Shown here: piece by piece, positions 9,874-18,550 of the stretch
How positions within the stretch are numbered: position 1 is the first letter of the stretch
Layout of the letters: each line of letters opens with the position of its first letter
Assembly: GCA_007693945.1 (NCBI GenBank)
Contig: RECP01000052.1
Span: forward strand, 88,594-152,593
DNA: 64,000 nt
Direction of reading: 5' to 3'
Origin: Spirochaetaceae bacterium
GTDB lineage: Bacteria > Spirochaetota > Spirochaetia > DSM-27196 > PWMO01
Program-made: the position numbers and the translations under genes
The notes under the pieces: model-generated
Seen by the model: only the letters and a program-made list of their open reading frames with translations
Told to the model about the DNA's origin: nothing
Database searches by the model: none

Positions 9874-10584
9874 TTACCAGCCGTCTATCATGTCGTCGGG
9901 ATCACGACTCTCCTCAGTGAACAGATCGGTCATGACCCGCAGATCATCGAAGTAGACGTAGTACGAACCGAAGGTCTCCAGCATTGCGGGCCGAATCAGG
10001 AATCCAAGGATTTCGATTCCCGCCAGGTGCGGGTAGTGTACGTTGCGCTGCATGATGTTGGGTGGAATGGCAGTCGTCATGCGTCGCCAGCCGGAAAAGT
10101 TCATGCGGCCCATAAAGAGCTGACCCTGATTACCGAACTGATCGCGAATTACGGCGTACAGTTCGTGGTTGAAGTTACGCCCCGCAACCCAAACCGACAG
10201 CGTCTTGGCGATGCCCGGAACCGGCAGCGGCCGTATGGCTTCCACGTAGATGGTGGTAACTCCGCGACGGAAGAACTCAGTCCTGACGCCGAGCACGTAA
10301 TCATCGGGTTCTTCGATACCGGCGGCCACTTCTGCTTCTATCGGCTCCTTGTCCATCGGACCGCCTTCGAGGCGGCGATGGGTTATGAGGCCCGAGTCAA
10401 GAGGGATGTAAACGCGCCAGAACCCGGGATCCTCGAAGCGCGATATCGAGACCTCCTGCAGCGCCTGCTGGGCCGTGTCCTGCCCCAGCTGATCCGCCTG
10501 GATGTTGTTGACCTGCTGCGCAAAGAGCGAGCCTCCCGCGAACAACAGAGTAATCAGAACGATCAGGATCACTGTTCGTTTCAT
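9874..10584 (-). CDS. flaA: Periplasmic flagellar filament outer-layer (sheath) protein FlaA, copy 2
   Basis: It has a signal peptide (MKRTVILIVLITLLFAGGSLFA). FlaA-family features include RTEFFRRG, WVAGRNFNHELYAVIRDQFG, NFSGWRRM and the C-terminal YVYFDDLRVMTD. AGGAGG lies 7 nt upstream and overlaps the stop of the preceding flaA. Confidence 0.85.
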   Translation of the reverse strand: MKRTVILIVLITLLFAGGSLFAQQVNNIQADQLGQDTAQQALQEVSISRFEDPGFWRVYIPLDSGLITHRRLEGGPMDKEPIEAEVAAGIEEPDDYVLGVRTEFFRRGVTTIYVEAIRPLPVPGIAKTLSVWVAGRNFNHELYAVIRDQFGNQGQLFMGRMNFSGWRRMTTAIPPNIMQRNVHYPHLAGIEILGFLIRPAMLETFGSYYVYFDDLRVMTDLFTEESRDPDDMIDGW

Positions 10585-10595
10585 TGCGGCGCCTC

Positions 10596-11327
10596 CTACA
10601 TTCCGCGCGCTTCGTTCCAGAGCTGCTCAACGGCCTCCGGATCGCCGAGCTTCTCGCCATCCCAGTAGTCTTCCGCCAGGTTGGTAACCACTCGTAGCTC
10701 ATCGAGATAGACGTAGAACTCGCTCACCCGCTCGGTGGGGCGCGTCCACAGTACCAGTTTGACCACTTCCAGACCGCGCCGCTGCGGAACGTAGCTTATC
10801 TGCTGCGGAATCCAGGTCGGGATATCCACAAAGATGTTCTCCCAGCCGCGGTAGTTGATGTTACCCAGCCGCAGCGTATGCACAATCCCGCGATGATCAC
10901 GCAGTTGGACATCCATGTAGTAATCCCGATTGGAACCCCACACCCACAGGTCTATGGACAGCGCGGTACCCGGCACGGGAATCGTCCGCGGAACCAGCTC
11001 ACCGTTCTGGTCTTCCTGGGCGGGAATGATCTCCAGGTAGTTGTAACCGATACGGTTGAAGCCGCTGCGAATACCCAGCGAGCGCAAGGTCACGCCCTCA
11101 GGCTCGGTGCGATACAGAGCTTCCGGCCAGGCCCGTACCCATTGCCAATCCAGCAGATCGTCATTGGCGAAGCGGCTTCCACGCACGATCCAGCGACTGG
11201 ACGGATCGTTGAAGTCGTCCAGAACGACCGAGTTGATCATCGGCCGCCGCATCTGGGCCAGAATCGGCGACGAAGCCAAAACGAGCAGCGCCAATACACA
11301 GACGAACAGGCGAACACCCTGTTTCAT
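10596..11327 (-). CDS. flaA: Periplasmic flagellar filament outer-layer (sheath) protein FlaA, copy 1
   Basis: It has a signal peptide (MKQGVRLFVCVLALLVLASSPILA). It shows the same family blocks as copy 2 (WVWGSNRDYYMDVQLRDHRG, NYRGWENI, YVYLDELRVVTN) but is clearly diverged from it. Confidence 0.85.
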   Translation of the reverse strand: MKQGVRLFVCVLALLVLASSPILAQMRRPMINSVVLDDFNDPSSRWIVRGSRFANDDLLDWQWVRAWPEALYRTEPEGVTLRSLGIRSGFNRIGYNYLEIIPAQEDQNGELVPRTIPVPGTALSIDLWVWGSNRDYYMDVQLRDHRGIVHTLRLGNINYRGWENIFVDIPTWIPQQISYVPQRRGLEVVKLVLWTRPTERVSEFYVYLDELRVVTNLAEDYWDGEKLGDPEAVEQLWNEARGM

Positions 11328-11379
11328 TCCTTACTCCTTCCTAAGCATCGTTGGTAGGTACAAGCGCATAGCACTCCAA

Positions 11380-11408
11380 AGTATATTTCTACCCATAGCC
11401 TTTGTCAA
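11380..11408 (-). promoter_or_regulatory. Sigma70 promoter TTGACA-17-TATACT for the flaA-flaA operon
   Basis: Read on the minus strand it is TTGACAaaggctatgggtagaaaTATACT. A 52-nt leader ends in AGGAAGGAG before ATG 11327. Confidence 0.65.
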
Positions 11409-11479
11409 ATCGGCCGATTGCGCGCGACACCGACCGCGTTGCGCGCCACGCCGGCACAGCGCCGCCGAAACCCTCTTCC

Positions 11480-12442
11480 TCACTTTCCAGCATCGGCAGC
11501 TCGAGCCAAAGACTTAACCTGTTCCACGACTGAACTCCGGTGATCGCCGGACAGCACCGGTCCTCTGATGAAGCGCGCCGGCACTTCGAGCACCGCCCGG
11601 CGCCGTCCATCGGAGGCTTCCAGAACGGCGTCGAGGGCATCCGTCCACGAGTGCGCAACCCACCCCACCACCCGCCGGTCGCCGGTCTGAGGCGGTAACC
11701 ACTCGGTGATGATGTTGACCGCTCGGCTGCCGATGACCTCCCAGGCAGTGTGGTTGGCAGATCCCAGAAAGAACGCGTACAGCGCGTCGTCTTGATCGTC
11801 AGCGCGATTACGGCCGGGACTCAGAACCGTGCGCAGCGCGTCGCCGCCCGGCGGATCACTGTACTGCTCTACGCGGAACCGCACCTCCGCTTCGGACAGC
11901 CCAAGCGCGGCAAACTCCCGATCCGCGGCGGCACGCAGGGCGGCGAGTTCAGCCGCGCGCCGGGGCGAATCAACCAGGAAGAGCACCGTCAGCTGCGCTG
12001 GTGCGCCGGCCGCGCCGGGGCCGCCACCTGGACGAGTGACCGCGAAACGCGCCGCCACCCTCCCGGCAGTCTCAAAGGCCGCCGTCCGCTCATAAGCGAC
12101 TGCGGTCGCGTTGGCCCGGCGCGGAGCGGCGTCACGCCCCACCAGGTAGAAATGGCGCTGCGGATAGTCATCGGCAACCTGCAGGGCAACCGTACCGAAG
12201 AGCGCCGGCACGAGTACCTCCGGCGCGGCATTGGTCTCCAACGCGTGGACAAGCGCAACCGTCGACAGCTCGGCTACCGGTACCACGGCCACGCGGCGAT
12301 TGTGCTCGCGTCCAACGCGACGCAGATCCCGACTCAGGCCGCCGTCGGCGTTCGCGGTCGCGGAGAGGATCGGATCGAGGATTACCAGAGTCTCCGGTGC
12401 GCACGCTGACAACAGGGCGGCAGCTGCCGTTGCCGTCAGCAT
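11480..12442 (-). CDS. Hypothetical lipoprotein
   Basis: ATG 12442 gives MLTATAAAALLSAC, which contains a lipobox. The longer ORF from 12547 would overlap the upstream gene. No family was recognised; the alpha/beta composition could fit a periplasmic-binding fold. Confidence 0.5.
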   Translation of the reverse strand: MLTATAAAALLSACAPETLVILDPILSATANADGGLSRDLRRVGREHNRRVAVVPVAELSTVALVHALETNAAPEVLVPALFGTVALQVADDYPQRHFYLVGRDAAPRRANATAVAYERTAAFETAGRVAARFAVTRPGGGPGAAGAPAQLTVLFLVDSPRRAAELAALRAAADREFAALGLSEAEVRFRVEQYSDPPGGDALRTVLSPGRNRADDQDDALYAFFLGSANHTAWEVIGSRAVNIITEWLPPQTGDRRVVGWVAHSWTDALDAVLEASDGRRRAVLEVPARFIRGPVLSGDHRSSVVEQVKSLARAADAGK

Positions 12443-12485
12443 CGCTCGCAACCAGTCTCTCACAGCGCGAGCTCCCCCGGCCCCC

Positions 12486-13205
12486 CTACAGGCCCGGTTC
12501 GTCGGCAAGCGACGATTGCCGGCTCCCGGATCGCAGCGTGTTCTCACTCAGCCCGCCACCGCCGAGCCCGCGGTCGGGATAGTACGCGGAGCGCAGCGAA
12601 AGGTAGACCACCACCGCAGCGGCGGTCAGCAATACGGCTACGGCGATGCCGGGCACCGGCTGACTCAGGGCCAGCAAGGCCGGGGCAATCGCAGTCAGAA
12701 ACGGCAGCACGATCAGCAGCAAAGCATAGAGCACTCGCAGCGCAACGCGGACTTCCCGTATCCACACTCCGACCAGCAGCGGGGTAAGAATCATCAGCGC
12801 CACCCGGTGTGCCGGCAGAATCAGTACCCGGTAGACACCCAGGAAACCGGTGTCAAGCATGATCTGCGCCAAACCGAATACGGTCAGGAACGCGGCCAGG
12901 AACAGCGTCATTGCCGGCACCATCGCGCGGTCATCTTCGGCAGCCAGGCGATGATAGAACAGAAAAAACCCCAGCAGCCCCAACACGTAGGGCAGATAGG
13001 CATCACGTATTGCGAAATAGCGTAACAGATCGGAAGCGTTGTATTGCAGATCGAGTAGCGCTTCAGTGATTATGGTTGCCGGAAAACCTACCGCATACCA
13101 CAGCGCACCGCGCACAACCGGTCCGATCGTCGGACCGCGTTCACCGGTGTAGTGCAGAATCACGTAGCAGGCCAAGGGTACCGCAACTATGGCAAACAGT
13201 ATCAT
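12486..13205 (-). CDS. Hypothetical polytopic membrane protein
   Basis: The 239-aa product has about 7 hydrophobic spans (for example ILFAIVAVPLACYVILHY and LGLLGFFLFY). No family was recognised. Confidence 0.55.
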   Translation of the reverse strand: MILFAIVAVPLACYVILHYTGERGPTIGPVVRGALWYAVGFPATIITEALLDLQYNASDLLRYFAIRDAYLPYVLGLLGFFLFYHRLAAEDDRAMVPAMTLFLAAFLTVFGLAQIMLDTGFLGVYRVLILPAHRVALMILTPLLVGVWIREVRVALRVLYALLLIVLPFLTAIAPALLALSQPVPGIAVAVLLTAAAVVVYLSLRSAYYPDRGLGGGGLSENTLRSGSRQSSLADEPGL

Positions 13206-13254
13206 AATGCTTGACGGAGGCTATCATGAGAGCTTTGCGCTGTGCAAGATGCTA

Positions 13255-13283
13255 TTGACAACGCCATTCCGACGACCTAGGAT
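13255..13283 (+). promoter_or_regulatory. Sigma70 promoter TTGACA-17-TAGGAT, with metX ATG only 10 nt after the -10
   Basis: The -35 is at 13255..13260 and the -10 at 13278..13283. The intervening GCCACACAC has no SD, which implies a leaderless or near-leaderless metX mRNA. Confidence 0.5.
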
Positions 13284-13292
13284 GCCACACAC

Positions 13293-14423
13293 ATGAGTGG
13301 CAACCGCGAACAACCGCTTATCTCGGTCCCGCAGGACGTCCGTTTCGACGACGGAGTCACGCTCGACAGCGGACGAGCGTTCGCCCCTGTCACCGTGCGC
13401 TACGAGACCTGGGGTTCTCTCAACCGGGCGCGCAGCAACGGGGTGCTTATTGTACACGCCTTCTCCGGCGACGCGCACGCTGCCGGTTATCATCCGGGAG
13501 GAACCCTCGCCGGCTGGTGGGACAACATGATCGGGCCCGGCAAAGCCTTCGATACCGAGCGCTACTTCGTGATCTGCTCCAACGTGCTCGGCGGTTGTCA
13601 GGGAACCACCGGACCGGGCTCGGCCGATCCGGCCACCGGCCGGCCGTACGGGCTCTCTTTCCCGGTGGTGACCGTCAACGACATGGTCAAGGTGCAGAAA
13701 CGGCTGATCGACCACCTGGGAATCCAACGGCTGCTGTCGGTGGCCGGCGGCTCGATGGGAGGCATGCAGGCTCTCGAGTGGGCCGTCACCTACCCTGATT
13801 CCATCGCCACCGCCGTCGTACTGGCATCGACCTCGCGCCTGTCGGCACAGGGGATTGCGTTTGACGCGGTCGGGCGCAACGCCATCATGTCCGATCCGCT
13901 GTGGAACAGCGGCGACTACTACGACAGACAGCCGCCGGCGCGCGGACTCGCGATCGCCCGGATGCTCGGCCACATAACCTATCTGTCCGATGAGTCGATG
14001 GGGATGAAGTTCGGTCGCAAGCTGCAGGAGCGCTCGCAGTTCGGCTTCGACTTCGCCGACCAGTTTGCCGTAGAGAGTTACCTTGAACACCAGGGCGGGA
14101 AGTTCGTAGACCGGTTTGACGCCAACTCGTATATCTATCTGACCAAGGCCATGGATTACTACGATATCAGCGAGCGCTTCGGTTCACTGCAGGCCGCGTT
14201 TGCCCAGGGAGCTCCCAGGTACCTGGTGATCTCGTTCACTTCAGACTGGCTCTACCCGCCCTACCAGTCCAAGGAGATGGTCTTTGCGATGATGAAAGCC
14301 GGCAAGGACGTTTCCTACGCCGAGCTGGCGAGCCCCTATGGCCACGACTCGTTTCTGCTCGAAACCGAGCGCCAGGCAGAGATCATCGCCGGCTTTCTGG
14401 AGAGCGCCTATGAAGAAGCGTGA
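13293..14423 (+). CDS. metX: Homoserine O-acetyltransferase
   Basis: It carries the alpha/beta-hydrolase nucleophile elbow GGSMGGMQALEW, the VTVRYETWG..LN block, and the C-terminal SPYGHDSFL. Confidence 0.9.
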   Translation: MSGNREQPLISVPQDVRFDDGVTLDSGRAFAPVTVRYETWGSLNRARSNGVLIVHAFSGDAHAAGYHPGGTLAGWWDNMIGPGKAFDTERYFVICSNVLGGCQGTTGPGSADPATGRPYGLSFPVVTVNDMVKVQKRLIDHLGIQRLLSVAGGSMGGMQALEWAVTYPDSIATAVVLASTSRLSAQGIAFDAVGRNAIMSDPLWNSGDYYDRQPPARGLAIARMLGHITYLSDESMGMKFGRKLQERSQFGFDFADQFAVESYLEHQGGKFVDRFDANSYIYLTKAMDYYDISERFGSLQAAFAQGAPRYLVISFTSDWLYPPYQSKEMVFAMMKAGKDVSYAELASPYGHDSFLLETERQAEIIAGFLESAYEEA

Positions 14424-15054
14424 TCATTTCAGCTATGACGAGATCGTGGCACTGGTACGCCACGGCAGCAGCGTACTGGACCTTGGGTGCGGCAACGGAG
14501 AATTGCTGCAGCGACTCAGCCGTGAGCGGCAGGTTCGCGGACGCGGCGTTGATATAGAGGAAGAGATGATCGTGCAGTGCATCGGGCGCGGCATATCGGT
14601 CTACCAGGGAGACCTCGACGAGGGTCTGAAGGACTACGCCACCGGCAGCTACGATTACGTGATTCTGAACCGCACCCTGCAGATGGTGCGTCATCCGGTG
14701 ATGCTGCTGCAGGAAATGGTGCGCGTAGGGCGTGAGGTGATAGTGAACTTCCCCAACTTCGGCTACATCGTCAACCGGTTCCAGTTGATGGTGCTGGGGC
14801 GCATGCCGGTCAACCGGGACATTCCGTACCAGTGGTACGACACTCCCAACATCCATTTCTGCACGCGCAAGGATTTCGTGGTGCTGTGCGGTAACCTGGG
14901 CATTCCGATCCTGCACGAGATCGCGCTGCGACGGAACCGTCGTGTACCGTACAGCGCGCGCAACCTGCTGGCCACGGAAGTGTGCTTTGTGCTGCAGGGA
15001 ACTACCGCCGCGGACGAGGCACCGCTCGATCAGGCCAGTGTTTCAAGATCGTAG
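14410..15054 (+). CDS. metW: Methionine biosynthesis protein MetW
   Basis: MKKRDHFSYDEIVALV...VLDLGCGNGELL is a SAM-methyltransferase-like fold typical of MetW. ATG 14410 overlaps the end of metX, and metX-metW synteny is conserved. Confidence 0.85.
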   Translation: MKKRDHFSYDEIVALVRHGSSVLDLGCGNGELLQRLSRERQVRGRGVDIEEEMIVQCIGRGISVYQGDLDEGLKDYATGSYDYVILNRTLQMVRHPVMLLQEMVRVGREVIVNFPNFGYIVNRFQLMVLGRMPVNRDIPYQWYDTPNIHFCTRKDFVVLCGNLGIPILHEIALRRNRRVPYSARNLLATEVCFVLQGTTAADEAPLDQASVSRS

Positions 15055-15518
15055 CGCGAACGTGCCAGCGTCTTACGCCGTTCGCAATCGCGTGCCAGTG
15101 CGTGGAACAGTTCGGCGGTCTCGGCGTCCGACGCGCCCGAAGAGAGCGCCTGGTAGAGTTCGGCCAGCGCCCCTTCGCGCCGACAGATCAGCATCAGGAA
15201 GTCGGTATACTGCGTCTCGGCATCGAACGCATGGTCGACATCCGAATCGCTGCCGGACGGCGCCGATACCGTACCGCCGGGAAAAGCGAGCAACGTCTCG
15301 CATTGCTGCCGGCGACCAAGTCGTTCGACCTTCTCGAGCCGCTCCCGACTGGCATCCCGCAAGGAGAGCAGCATGTTGCGCGCACTGTAGTGGTCGGTCG
15401 CCTCTGCGTAGGCCCCGTAGATGACGGCGCTTTCACTCTCGATGCGTTTGACCGCCTCCACAACCACAAACCGCACGATATCGTTCATGATCGGCCCATT
15501 ATAGCGGCTCACGGACAA
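15030..15518 (-). CDS. Hypothetical protein, possibly a ferritin-like helical bundle
   Basis: The composition is acidic and helical, with two EA..D/E..H-like segments. It is more protein-like than the antisense ORF 14982..15551. The start is uncertain (TTG 15518 or ATG 15488). Confidence 0.4.
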   Translation of the reverse strand: MSVSRYNGPIMNDIVRFVVVEAVKRIESESAVIYGAYAEATDHYSARNMLLSLRDASRERLEKVERLGRRQQCETLLAFPGGTVSAPSGSDSDVDHAFDAETQYTDFLMLICRREGALAELYQALSSGASDAETAELFHALARDCERRKTLARSRYDLETLA

Positions 15519-15530
15519 TCGGCATACCCT

Positions 15531-15579
15531 TTGACTCTTTGCGGCTGTTGATGATAGATTATGCCATTCATGGTATACT
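15531..15579 (+). promoter_or_regulatory. Two candidate promoters for infC-rpmI-rplT
   Basis: One is TTGACT-18-TAGATT (15531..15560). The other is an extended -10, TGG-TATACT (15571..15579). Confidence 0.45.
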
Positions 15580-15607
15580 TTGCCGATAAAGCGCGGTAGG
15601 AGGCAGA

Positions 15608-16171
15608 TTGGCTGTAAAAGATTTACGAACGAACTCGATGATTCGCGTGCGTGAAGTTCGCCTGGTCGATGATGACGGTGAGCAGATGGGCATCGTTGCG
15701 ACCACTGAGGCGCTCAGGCTGGCCGAGGAACGAGGCCTGGATCTGGTTGAGGTTGCTCCGCAGGCACGGCCGCCGGTGTGCAAGCTGCTCGACTACGGCA
15801 AGTACAAGTTTGAACTCGAGAAGAAGAACCGCGAATCCAAGAAGAAGCAGAAACTCGTCAAGATGAAAGAGATTCGGATGCAGCCGAAGATCGAAGAACA
15901 CGACATGAAGTTCAAGGCCAAGCATATTCAGGAGTTTCTGGACGAGGGGAACAAGGTTAAGGTTACGATCCGGTTTCGCGGTAGAGAGCTGGCGCATACC
16001 GATCGCGGGCGCATGGTTCTCGACAGGATGCTCGGCATGCTGAACGAGGGTGTAGTGGTTGACCGTCCCCCCGCGATGGAGGGCAGGTTCATGTCGATGA
16101 TCCTGAGCCCCGCCAAGGGAGGAGCCCGCGATGCGGCTGCCAAGGACGGATCGGTAGAAGAAAACGCATAG
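15608..16171 (+). CDS. infC: Translation initiation factor IF-3
   Basis: It shows [27 protein letters not shown]...[15 protein letters not shown] and the [16 protein letters not shown] blocks. The start is TTG 15608, 4 nt after AGGAGG. No in-frame ATG or GTG is available. Confidence 0.9.
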   Translation: MAVKDLRTNSMIRVREVRLVDDDGEQMGIVATTEALRLAEERGLDLVEVAPQARPPVCKLLDYGKYKFELEKKNRESKKKQKLVKMKEIRMQPKIEEHDMKFKAKHIQEFLDEGNKVKVTIRFRGRELAHTDRGRMVLDRMLGMLNEGVVVDRPPAMEGRFMSMILSPAKGGARDAAAKDGSVEENA

Positions 16172-16189
16172 GAAATACGAGGTAGTGTT

Positions 16190-16387
16190 ATGCCCAAGAT
16201 GAAGACCCGCAAGAGCGCAGCCAAGCGCTACAAGATGACGGCCGGCGGTAAGGTCCGCTATAAGAAACAGGGACTGCGCCACATTCTCACCAAGAAGAGC
16301 ACCAAGCGTAAACGTGGGTTGCGCAAGGCAGCGTATTTGAGCCCTGCCGAGACCGCCCGAGCCAAAGCGCTCTGCCCCTACGCGTAG
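16190..16387 (+). CDS. rpmI: 50S ribosomal protein L35
   Basis: [36 protein letters not shown]. Confidence 0.95.
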   Translation: MPKMKTRKSAAKRYKMTAGGKVRYKKQGLRHILTKKSTKRKRGLRKAAYLSPAETARAKALCPYA

Positions 16388-16435
16388 GTACGCCGACGCT
16401 GTTCCGGACAGGATTATCACCCAAGGAGATACACA

Positions 16436-16798
16436 ATGCCACGTGCAGTGGATGGAACCAGAAGAAAGGATAGACGCAAGAAGATACTCGGTCAGGCGAA
16501 AGGTTACTGGGGACGCCGCAGTACGCTCTTCCGGACCGCCAAGGACGCCGTTGCCAAATCCGGGCAGTACGCCTACCGTGATCGGCGTGTGCGCAAGCGC
16601 GACTTTCGCTCCCTCTGGATCACGCGGATCTCGGCAGCCTGTCGTGCTGAAGGTATCAGCTATTCACGCTTCATGAACGGCCTGCGGCAATCCGACATTC
16701 AGATCAACCGCAAAGCGCTGTCAAACATGGCTATCGAAGACAACGCGGCGTTTCACACCCTGGTGGAAACGGCAAAGAAGGCTGCCGTAGCGTCATGA
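16436..16798 (+). CDS. rplT: 50S ribosomal protein L20
   Basis: [29 protein letters not shown]...[18 protein letters not shown]. Confidence 0.95.
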   Translation: MPRAVDGTRRKDRRKKILGQAKGYWGRRSTLFRTAKDAVAKSGQYAYRDRRVRKRDFRSLWITRISAACRAEGISYSRFMNGLRQSDIQINRKALSNMAIEDNAAFHTLVETAKKAAVAS

Positions 16799-17208
16799 TC
16801 ACCCTCGAGCAGATCCACCGGCTGGAAAAGGGAGTTCAGAATGCCGTTGCGGCCATCACGGCCGTCAAGGGGGAAAACACGCTCCTGAAGCAGAAACTCT
16901 CCGGCTACGAAAAGCGGATTACCGAGCTCGAGGCCAAGCTGGTCGAGTTCAAAGAGAGTCAATCGGAGATCGAGCGTGGCTTGTTGGCGGCGCTCGACCA
17001 GCTCGACACGCTGGAGGATGAAGTCCTGGAGGAAGTCTCGCCACCGGCCGAACAGGATCACGGCGAGTTCAGCGCTGCCGAGCCGCACCAGCCGGCCCCG
17101 GAGCAGACAACCGATTCAGCGGCGCCCGACTCAGACGACAACAGTACGGGTGCCTCGGTCAACAACCAGGACGAGCAGCAATCCGCCGACGAGCTGGATA
17201 TTTTCTGA
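16795..17208 (+). CDS. Coiled-coil protein with an acidic tail (ZapB/DivIVA-like character, function unknown)
   Basis: The ATG overlaps the rplT stop (ATGA). A heptad-rich segment ([31 protein letters not shown]) is followed by a low-complexity acidic tail ending SADELDIF. It sits immediately upstream of zapA. Confidence 0.5.
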   Translation: MITLEQIHRLEKGVQNAVAAITAVKGENTLLKQKLSGYEKRITELEAKLVEFKESQSEIERGLLAALDQLDTLEDEVLEEVSPPAEQDHGEFSAAEPHQPAPEQTTDSAAPDSDDNSTGASVNNQDEQQSADELDIF

Positions 17209-17230
17209 AGAAGCGACACTCGGTGCGCCT

Positions 17231-17524
17231 ATGAAGATCGAGTTGTTGGGAGCCTCGTTTGTAGTCCAAACCGACGAGGATCCGGAACACCTGAAAGATC
17301 TCGTCGACTACCTCAAGACCAAGATCCAGGAAGTGCGTTCTTCGGTATCCACCACCGACCCATTGAAGCTCGCCATACTCAGTGCCCTGCTGACAACCGA
17401 TGAGCTATTCAAGGAGCGCACATTGCAGCGCCGTCAGCTGGCGGATTCACAGCAGGTTGAGGAGATTACGCAGCGCATCCTGGATCAGCTGGAGTCCAGC
17501 CTCAGCTACAGAGCTCCTGAATAA
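17231..17524 (+). CDS. zapA: Cell division protein ZapA
   Basis: MKIELLGASFVVQTDEDPEHLKDLVDYLKTKIQEV...LKLAILSALLTTDELFK matches the ZapA pattern. The longer ORF from 16976 lies in a different frame from the upstream gene and overlaps it. Confidence 0.75.
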   Translation: MKIELLGASFVVQTDEDPEHLKDLVDYLKTKIQEVRSSVSTTDPLKLAILSALLTTDELFKERTLQRRQLADSQQVEEITQRILDQLESSLSYRAPE

Positions 17525-18497
17525 TCGCGGGATCTATGCCGTCGTATCGGCACCCCTCAACCGTCACCACGGCCGCCGCAATCCGGTTGGCCAGTTGCGC
17601 GCAGCGCTTCAGCGGCCAGCCGCGGGCGGTACCATAGAGATAGCCGCCGGCAAAGCTGTCTCCGGCTCCGGTGGTGTCTCGGGGCTGAACTCGATAACCC
17701 GCGACGGCCACCGTCGCCGCCCCGCACCGCACCAGACAGCCGTCTGCACCGGTTTTCATCACCAGGTGCGGCGCGAAGGCCTGCGCCGCAGTCAAGATCG
17801 CCGAGTCCGGCCCGCTGACACCCGTCAGAGACTGCAGTTCGGCGCGGTTGGCAAACAGCATGTCACAGTTCTGCGGCAGCCACGAACGCAGTTTCTGACC
17901 GTAGCGTTCAGCGACAAACGGGTCCGCCACGTCGAATGAAACCAGTACGCCCGCCGCACGCGCCGCAGCGGCCGCTTTGCGGGCGGCCGCCTCCTGACTG
18001 GCGGTATCCCACATATAGCCGGTAACATGAAGAATCGAACTGCGCGCAATTGCCGCAAGGTCGAGGTCGGTCTCATCCAGCTCGCGGCACGCTCCCAGAA
18101 AGGTGAACATCGTACGCTCGAAATCAGGAGTCACCACAATCGCCGAGCTTCCGGTGGGAGTTGATTTGCGCGCCAGTTCGGCCGTGACACCCGAAGCCTG
18201 CAGCTCATCGGCAAACACGTCGCCAAACCGGTCACAGCCCACCGCTCCGACATAGTGCAGTGCTGTGGCAGCGTCCTGCAACTGCCTGGTAATCCACGCT
18301 GCGGCACGCATAGTGTTGGCACAACTGCCGCCGGGTAGTCGCGACACCTGCCGGCAGCGTTGTATGACCGCCAGTTGCTCTTCGTAGGTCACTAGATTCA
18401 TCGTGCCGGGTTCAGCCGCCAGCGCGGCCAGATCGTCGTGGGTACCGGTCAAGATGATGTCCATCAGTGGATTGCCCATGCCGTGGATCGATCCCAT
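17502..18497 (-). CDS. PfkB-family carbohydrate/nucleoside kinase (adenosine-kinase-like)
   Basis: The N-terminus is GMGNPLMDI and the C-terminus carries TTGAGDSFAGGYLYG. ATG 18497 was chosen because the longer start at 18548 would cover the divergent promoter. Confidence 0.75.
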   Translation of the reverse strand: MGSIHGMGNPLMDIILTGTHDDLAALAAEPGTMNLVTYEEQLAVIQRCRQVSRLPGGSCANTMRAAAWITRQLQDAATALHYVGAVGCDRFGDVFADELQASGVTAELARKSTPTGSSAIVVTPDFERTMFTFLGACRELDETDLDLAAIARSSILHVTGYMWDTASQEAAARKAAAAARAAGVLVSFDVADPFVAERYGQKLRSWLPQNCDMLFANRAELQSLTGVSGPDSAILTAAQAFAPHLVMKTGADGCLVRCGAATVAVAGYRVQPRDTTGAGDSFAGGYLYGTARGWPLKRCAQLANRIAAAVVTVEGCRYDGIDPAIIQELCS

Positions 18498-18509
18498 GTT
18501 CCTGCCGCC

Positions 18510-18538
18510 TTGACTGCATACTCGCGGTAGCATACTAT
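18510..18538 (+). promoter_or_regulatory. Sigma70 promoter TTGACT-17-TACTAT for the PilZ-TPR operon
   Basis: The ATG at 18551 lies 12 nt after the -10. The intervening sequence is CGTAAATCACGG, so the start context reads CACGGATGG. Confidence 0.5.
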
Positions 18539-18550
18539 CGTAAATCACGG

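Noticed and set aside
13206-13292. A SAM riboswitch or T-box upstream of metX.
   Set aside because: Only 87 nt are available, and most of that is occupied by a TTGACA-17-TAGGAT promoter ending 10 nt before the ATG. That is too short for any SAM-class aptamer plus expression platform.
15582-15589. A perfect GCCGATAA (the sigma28 -10 consensus) lies just upstream of infC.
   Set aside because: The required -35 position (15563..15570, GCCATTCA) has essentially no match to TAAAGTTT. The sequence lies between a good extended -10 sigma70 element and the SD, so it is most likely coincidental leader sequence.
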